DNA of 64,000 nt, taken from Clostridiales bacterium. GTDB lineage: Bacteria > Bacillota > Clostridia > Christensenellales > Aristaeellaceae. The translations under genes and the position numbers were made by a program. The notes beneath the pieces are model-generated. The model made no database searches. It worked only from the letters and a program-made list of their open reading frames with translations, and was not told the DNA's origin. How positions within the stretch are numbered: position 1 is the first letter of the stretch; every line of letters starts with the position of its first letter. The stretch lies in NCBI GenBank assembly GCA_015056015.1, contig SVHD01000005.1, positions 13,924 to 77,923 of the forward strand. The letters run 5' to 3'. Positions 58,823-64,000 of the stretch are shown here, in pieces.

Positions 58823-59296
58823 ATGGCCAAAAAACTCGGTATCAAGCCCATTGCCCAGAACAAAAAGGCGCGTCATGATTTTTTCATCGAGGAAAGCCTG
58901 GAATGCGGCATTGAGCTCAAGGGCACGGAAGTAAAATCCATGCGCCAGGGCAAGGTGAACCTGAAGGAAAGCTATGCCATCGTAAAGGACGGCCAGGTAT
59001 TCGTTCAGGGCATGCATATCAGCCCCTATGAGCAGGGAAACATCTTCAATACCGATCCCATGCGCCCCAAACGGCTCTTGCTTCACAAGAGCGAAATCCG
59101 GAAGCTGGGCGCCCAGGTGCAGCGGCAGGGCTATGCGCTGGTGCCCCTGGATGTGTATCTGAAGGATGGCCGGATGAAAATGAATCTGGGCCTGTGCGTA
59201 GGTAAGCATCTGCATGATAAGCGGGCCAGCATGGCAGAGCGGGATGTGAAACGGGAAATGGCCCGGATGGTGCGTTCCAATAACCGGGGCGAATAA
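58823..59296 (+). CDS. smpB: SsrA-binding protein SmpB
   Basis: 157 aa with ...IAQNKKARHDFFIEESLECGIELKGTEVKS.R.GKVNLKESYA... . The tmRNA gene lies downstream. Confidence 0.97.
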   Translation: MAKKLGIKPIAQNKKARHDFFIEESLECGIELKGTEVKSMRQGKVNLKESYAIVKDGQVFVQGMHISPYEQGNIFNTDPMRPKRLLLHKSEIRKLGAQVQRQGYALVPLDVYLKDGRMKMNLGLCVGKHLHDKRASMAERDVKREMARMVRSNNRGE

Positions 59297-59546
59297 CTTC
59301 TTCCAAGGCGAATTTTCTCTTTCATTCTACGGGATGCTTTTATTCCACGGGATGTATCGAAGGGTATCCCTTCGATTTTAATCCGCAGGGGTGGCTTTGC
59401 CGCCCTGAGGAGAAAAATTCTGAAGAATCGCCTGCGATTCGGGAAGAATTTTTCATACCGATCAGATTTTCCGACCGTGATGCGCTGCATCACAGGAAAA
59501 TCTGCAAACCCGAAAAAATGAAGATTTCATTTTTTCGGCCACATAT

Positions 59547-59895
59547 GGGGGTGTACTGGTTTCGACGGGGATCGTCGGGGGCATGGTAAGCGAGCCGCGG
59601 ACCCTGGCCGCGTAAAAACGGGGAAACTTAAAATTAACTGACAACAATCAGTTTGCTTTCGCGGCTTAATGCCGTGCGTCGGCCCTGAGTTGCCTACGGC
59701 TCAGGATCCCGGCGTCACATTAGTAGGGAACGGGGCTGCGTAAGCTTTGCCGCACGCCCGGCATCATGAAGCTACCAAACCTGTAAGCCTGGCAGCGGGC
59801 GTGCAGGGGCGGGAATATCAAAACACTGCCTGCGCTCGGAGAAAACTGTGAAACTGAATCTTCGGACAGGGGTTCGATTCCCCTCACCTCCACCA
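59547..59895 (+). ncRNA. ssrA: Transfer-messenger RNA (tmRNA, SsrA)
   Basis: The 5' end is GGGGGUGUACUGGUUUCGACGGGG. The 3' T-arm and acceptor read GGGGUUCGAUUCCCCUCACCUCCACCA. The internal tag reading frame ends ...GAC AAC AAU CAG UUU GCU UUC GCG GCU UAA (…DNNQFAFAA stop). It lies 250 nt downstream of smpB. The resume codon was not determined. Confidence 0.95.
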
Positions 59896-59905
59896 AACCG
59901 CAAAA

Positions 59906-59943
59906 AACCATCGCTGTATCTTGCGTATACGGCGGTGGTTTTT
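59906..59943 (+). terminator. Intrinsic terminator of ssrA
   Basis: AACCAtCGC..(loop)..GCGgTGGTT-ttt. Confidence 0.7.
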
Positions 59944-60159
59944 CTATATCCTGTGTTTTCCACTTTCCCTCATGGAATTGGTAGAAAAATCATCCGCCGT
60001 TCATCTTCAGGAAAAAGGAGGATAGCGAGGGTTCCCCGATTTTTCTTGGAATTAAGCCTGTTTTATGGTATAATACAGATACTCTGAAAAGCGGTATAAA
60101 TATGAAAAATGCTTATTCCATTTTAAAAAGCATTACAGATAGAAAGGAAACGCGGCAAA

Positions 60160-61734
60160 ATGAAAGAATTGAATTTCCACGAATTGAGCCCCCGGCAAAA
60201 AATCGGCATGACGATGGTCGCCGCTGTGCGCTCGAAAGAGAGTTTTGAATTTGCCCTTGATCTTGTCAAAAAACGTTCCCTTGGCGCGATCTGGATCAAT
60301 CCGGCGTGGGATTACGAGCGCGAAGCGGCCATGAAGGCGTTCAAAGAGGCGGCTGATTATCCCATCTTGTTTGTTACCGATGCGGAAAGCGGATTGGGCG
60401 AGCACCAGATTGGACGGCACAACGCGATCGGCTGTACGGATAGTGAGGAACTTGCTTACACATTCGGCAAGGTGACCGCTATCGAGGCCAGAAAACTGGG
60501 GGTCAATATGGTTTGCAATCCGGTTCTGGATATGGTGAACGGGAATTTTGTATGCGGCGCGAATATCCGCAGCCTTGGAAACGATAAGCATAAGGTGGTA
60601 AGGCTTGCTGCGGCAGAGGCGCAGGGGTTGCGCGACGGCGGCGTGCTAACGCTTGCGAAACATTTTCCCGGTTCCAGCACGACCGGACATATCGATTCGC
60701 ACATGGCGGAGACCGGCTCTGATGCGACGCTTGAAGAATTATTCGATTATAACCTGTATCCGTACAAGATTCTGCTGGAACGTGGGCTGCTTGACGGCGT
60801 GATGGTAAGGCACACGCGTTTTTTCAAAATCGACGATCAATATCCTGCGAGCCTTTCCAGAAAAGTGACTGGCATCATCCGCGATATGGGTTTTGACGGG
60901 TTATGCATGACGGACGCGCTGAATATGATGGGCGTTCTTGCGCGATTTGACAGAGAAAAGGTCAGCGGTCTGGCCATCAACGCCGGAAATGATCTTGCGC
61001 TGCCCTTTGAAGACAGCCGGACGGACTATGAAAACCTGTGCAAATTTTATGACGAGGGTCTGATGGACGAGGAAATGCTGAACGCAGCGGTAAAGCGCGT
61101 GCTTGCTGCGCAGCACAAGGTGCTTTCTTTGCCGCAGGACGCGCAGATTACGCCCGAGGACGAGGAAAATTTTGCACGAATCAGCGCGGATTCCGTCTAT
61201 GCACGAACAGACGACGGCGTTGCCCACAGTATTTCCAAAGAAGGAAGACATTTTTTTGCAATCCTTACGCCGCATGATTATGGATCCGGCAGCAACGGCG
61301 AAGTGCCCGTCGATACGCTGGAAAAGGGCTGGTATCGGCCCAAGGAAATCATTTCCTTCCTATCGGAAAAGTTTCCGAATTCCGTCTGCTTCGCAATTAG
61401 TGAATTCCCAAACCCGACGCAGAGCTGGAGCCTGCTGGACAAATCGCTCGGGTATGATGACGTAATTTTCATCACCTATTTTCAGGGCGGTGCCTATATC
61501 GGCCAGGAACGCTTTACGCCGCGCATCCTCTCTTTGATGGATGCGATGCAGCGGACAGAGCGTATTTCGACCGTGATCCATTATGGAAACCCCTATGTGC
61601 TGGAGGATCTCCCCCATTTTTCCCGGGTTCTTATCGGAACGGCCTCTGCAGACGGCGTGCGGGCTGGGCTGCGCGTTCTTGCGGGTGAATACCCAGCAAA
61701 GGGTTCTCTGACATACGATATAACCCTGAAATGA
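60160..61734 (+). CDS. Glycoside hydrolase family 3 protein (beta-N-acetylhexosaminidase/beta-glucosidase-like N-domain), no signal peptide
   Basis: 524 aa with the KHFPGSSTTGHIDSHM motif (KHFPG..DSH) and the nucleophile region GLCMTDALNM. Its codon usage differs visibly from the neighbours (GCG/CCG/ACG rich instead of GCC/CCC/ACC). Confidence 0.82.
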   Translation: MKELNFHELSPRQKIGMTMVAAVRSKESFEFALDLVKKRSLGAIWINPAWDYEREAAMKAFKEAADYPILFVTDAESGLGEHQIGRHNAIGCTDSEELAYTFGKVTAIEARKLGVNMVCNPVLDMVNGNFVCGANIRSLGNDKHKVVRLAAAEAQGLRDGGVLTLAKHFPGSSTTGHIDSHMAETGSDATLEELFDYNLYPYKILLERGLLDGVMVRHTRFFKIDDQYPASLSRKVTGIIRDMGFDGLCMTDALNMMGVLARFDREKVSGLAINAGNDLALPFEDSRTDYENLCKFYDEGLMDEEMLNAAVKRVLAAQHKVLSLPQDAQITPEDEENFARISADSVYARTDDGVAHSISKEGRHFFAILTPHDYGSGSNGEVPVDTLEKGWYRPKEIISFLSEKFPNSVCFAISEFPNPTQSWSLLDKSLGYDDVIFITYFQGGAYIGQERFTPRILSLMDAMQRTERISTVIHYGNPYVLEDLPHFSRVLIGTASADGVRAGLRVLAGEYPAKGSLTYDITLK

Positions 61735-61863
61735 TCTTCTCACGCCCTTTATATCTCGGCCCTAAGCGGGCCGCTTTTCTTTGACTTTTGTGCAAATATG
61801 CAGGGATAAACCTGTGAGCCGGCGAATAATACCGAAACATGGATATTTTGAAGGAGGAGGATT

Positions 61864-62748
61864 ATGATTCGCTCTTTTTGTCAGATGATCGATTTCCCCG
61901 AGGAAGCGATCCTCTGTATGGAAAATGCTTATTCCGTTTTAAAAAATAATGCAGCGGGCATGGAATGGGCGCAAACATGCATGAATGCCGTAACGGAAAA
62001 CCGCGTGGAAAACCTGGCCGATATGCTGGAAAAGCTGGCCAAGATCACAGGGCTGCATCGCTATGAATCCGATATGCTTTTCTGGATTCTCTGCGCCCAG
62101 CCGCTGAAAGATCGCTATGCCGAAAATCATCTGACGGAAGAAATGTATTGGGACGCCATGCGCGATTTGAAATACAAGCTGATGGAGTGCTATAAATTCT
62201 GCGGCATCTGGGGCTCCCTGACCTCCGTTTCCTGGTTTGCTTATTTTCATACATTGAAGCGCCTGGCATTCGGTCGGCTGCAATATGACCCCTGGGAATG
62301 GCCCTATGCCCCTTATAAAGGAAAAATCCAGCCCGGGGATAATGTCTATCGCATCCATATTCCTGCCGCCGGCCCGCTGACGATGGAATCCATCATGGAT
62401 TCCTTCCGCAAGCTGTATGCCTTTTGCCGGAAGGATTATCCGGACGGCGTGATGCCCATTGCCTGCCGATCCTGGCTTTTGTATCCGCCGCATGTCAGTC
62501 AATTTGGCGAAAATTCCAATACCGCGGCCTTCGCCGGCCTGTTTGATTTGCTGGAAACCCAGGAGGACCCGAAATTTTCGGCCTTCCGCTGGATGTTTAA
62601 TCTGAATTACGAAGGGCCGGAAACGCTGCAGCGCGTTCCTACTGCCACCCGCTTCCAGCGCAGCGCCAAGGCCTATTTTGAAGCCGGCGGCATGCCCGGC
62701 ACCGGCTGCGGCGTTCTGCTCTTTGACGGGGAAAAAGTGATCAGGTGA
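61864..62748 (+). CDS. Hypothetical protein (possibly the 'acyltransferase domain-containing protein' family with a GNAT-like C-domain; recognition from memory only)
   Basis: 294 aa with RBS AAGGAGGAGG and host-like codon usage. I cannot identify a catalytic motif with confidence. Confidence 0.6.
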   Translation: MIRSFCQMIDFPEEAILCMENAYSVLKNNAAGMEWAQTCMNAVTENRVENLADMLEKLAKITGLHRYESDMLFWILCAQPLKDRYAENHLTEEMYWDAMRDLKYKLMECYKFCGIWGSLTSVSWFAYFHTLKRLAFGRLQYDPWEWPYAPYKGKIQPGDNVYRIHIPAAGPLTMESIMDSFRKLYAFCRKDYPDGVMPIACRSWLLYPPHVSQFGENSNTAAFAGLFDLLETQEDPKFSAFRWMFNLNYEGPETLQRVPTATRFQRSAKAYFEAGGMPGTGCGVLLFDGEKVIR

Positions 62749-62778
62749 TCTGAAGCCGCGTCAATATCGTCTTTTTTC

Positions 62779-62815
62779 CGGGAAGCCCTGAAATGAATCA
62801 GGGTTTCCGTTTTTT
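62779..62815 (+). terminator. Intrinsic terminator after 61864..62748
   Basis: CGGGAAGCCCTGA-aatgaa-TCAGGGTTTCCG-tttttt. Confidence 0.8.
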
Positions 62816-62841
62816 ATGTTATTTTCTAAAAAAAGCAACAC

Positions 62842-62870
62842 AAAAAACCGGCCTTCAGGCCGGTCTTTTT
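62842..62870. terminator. Bidirectional terminator before the convergent araC-family gene
   Basis: aaaaaaCCGGCC-ttca-GGCCGGtcttttt. Confidence 0.8.
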
Positions 62871-62914
62871 CTTGCTTGTGTTTCCAATTTAGCCGGCATA
62901 TTGCCGACGGGCTA

Positions 62915-64000
62915 TCAGTCCCTGCGCTGGTTTTCGCGATAGGAGCCCGGCGCCGTTCCCACTTCGCTTTTAAACAGGCGCGCAAAGCTGGATACATCAA
63001 TATAGCCGCACTGGACGCAAATATTGCTCAAATCCAGATCCGTTTCTACCAATAGCTGCTTCGCCCGCTCAATGCGAAGGGAAATGAGATAATTGCTCAG
63101 GGTCTGGCCGGTGGCCTCCTTAAAATTGCGGCGCAGGGTTTGGGGCGTTACATCGAATTGCTCCGCCAGCATACTCAGCGAAAACTGCGCATTGGAAATA
63201 TTATCCTGCATATGCTGGATGCATTGGGTAATCAGATTATCCTTCCTGCGCTTTCTGCGCGCCTCCACGCACTGCTGAATGGTTTGAGAGAGGTTGACGA
63301 TATTCTGGGCCAGTTCGCTTACGGACGCATATTCTGCAATGCTGAATACATCAAATACCGCGCTGTCCAGGGAAGCGGTCAGGCTGCCCATCCGGCTGAT
63401 TTCCCGCAGCAGCGAGGCCGTCAATTCAAAACAAATGCATTTTACCTGCTGCAGCGGCAGATCATTCTGATGAATGAAGGCAATAATCTTATCCAATTCC
63501 TGCTGGATGGCTGCGGCATCCCACTGGCGCAGGCAATTCACATAATCATCCAGCAGCTGCTGGGGATAAAGGGCCCCCATTTCCCCTTCCGCCACATGGG
63601 TTTCCGCATAGAGAATACAGGTATCTTTTCCCAGAATCAGCCTGCGTTCCAGCGCCGCATGGGCCTCCAGATAGGATCGGCCCAGCATATTCATGCTTTC
63701 ATATACATCCCCAAGCCCCACCGTAACAGAGGTATGCTCCAGCAGATGAGAAAGCAGCTGATGCCCAAAGGAACGAAGGCTTTCGGGAGAATTGGAAGCG
63801 ATATTTACCAGACCAACGGCAGAGCGCCCATCCGGCGTAAGGCAGAAGCAGCAGGTAAACCCCTCATGGGTCACGCGGCGCAAATGGGTTTCAATATAGC
63901 CGCGCTCCTGCTCATCCGGCGGCTGTTCAAACAGCATCAGGCAGGCCACAAAATAGCGGTGAGGAAATGCCACATTCAGCCAGCCGCACAAATTTTCCAG
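62915..64000 (-). CDS. AraC-family transcriptional regulator, C-terminal about 360 aa (the N-terminus probably lies beyond the right window edge)
   Basis: The C-terminal dual HTH reads ...ISNAQFSLSMLAEQFDVTPQTLRRNFKEATGQTLSNYLISLRIERAKQLLVETDLDLSNICVQCGYIDVSSFARLFKSEVGTAPGSYRE. The reverse frame stays open to position 64000; the track start at 63991 is a TTG inside the open frame. Confidence 0.85.
   Translation of the reverse strand: MENLCGWLNVAFPHRYFVACLMLFEQPPDEQERGYIETHLRRVTHEGFTCCFCLTPDGRSAVGLVNIASNSPESLRSFGHQLLSHLLEHTSVTVGLGDVYESMNMLGRSYLEAHAALERRLILGKDTCILYAETHVAEGEMGALYPQQLLDDYVNCLRQWDAAAIQQELDKIIAFIHQNDLPLQQVKCICFELTASLLREISRMGSLTASLDSAVFDVFSIAEYASVSELAQNIVNLSQTIQQCVEARRKRRKDNLITQCIQHMQDNISNAQFSLSMLAEQFDVTPQTLRRNFKEATGQTLSNYLISLRIERAKQLLVETDLDLSNICVQCGYIDVSSFARLFKSEVGTAPGSYRENQRRD

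Noticed and set aside
59462-60087. Small ORFs 59462..59647, 59720..59911, 59772..59963 (-) and 59848..60087 (+)
   Set aside because: They overlap the tmRNA gene or its terminator, and nothing supports them as coding.
59896-64000. A prophage or integrative island at the tmRNA 3' end
   Set aside because: There is no integrase, recombinase or phage gene, and I could not find a duplicate of the ssrA 3' end downstream within the window. Only the codon-atypical GH3 gene remains as a weaker observation, reported separately.

Overview
This is a 64-kb chromosomal segment of a moderately high-GC (mid/upper 50s % by eye) Firmicutes/Clostridia-type genome. Supporting signs are GGAGG-type ribosome binding sites, the rimP-nusA-ylxR-ylxQ-infB operon, ctsR-mcsA-mcsB-clpC and smpB-ssrA. 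All calls come from reading the translations and the DNA; no database search was possible.

I support about 55 protein genes and one tmRNA. I see no rRNA, tRNA, CRISPR array, transposase or integrase.

Content from left to right:
- Translation/transcription operon (infB is partial at the left edge).
- A transporter-less glycan-hydrolase cluster: an ADP-ribosylglycohydrolase-fold protein, GH30, two GH38, GH4, an SDR and two AraC regulators.
- A tight uvrA / tandem-Nudix / SPL-family radical-SAM operon behind a LexA-box promoter.
- Three consecutive ~500-aa signal-peptide proteins of no family I recognise.
- An esterase and a Gx transporter.
- A large ferritin-like protein, a cytoplasmic BNR/sialidase-like protein and a galactonate dehydratase.
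- An XRE-cupin/potABCD operon with a translationally coupled phosphodiester-glycosidase-like gene.
- An M20 amidohydrolase, ctsR-mcsAB-clpC and fba.
- An operon of a GT-C-like membrane protein, an 85-aa protein, GtrA and a large secreted protein.
- An AT-rich single-gene insertion (PNPOx-like).
- An S41 protease, a PucR-type regulator, a lipid kinase and proA.
- An ECF sigma/anti-sigma pair and smpB-tmRNA.
- A codon-atypical GH3 gene right after the tmRNA, and a partial AraC regulator at the right edge.

The most interesting unexplained items are:
- the three-gene secreted-protein block (21925..26547);
- the GT-C/GtrA/secreted-protein operon (44816..49245);
- the putative SOS operon joining uvrA to a double Nudix and an SPL-type radical-SAM enzyme;
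- a family of conserved about 55-60-nt hairpin-plus-tail intergenic repeats (5 copies).

Most long ORFs in the supplied track that lie antisense to these genes are shadow ORFs and are rejected.
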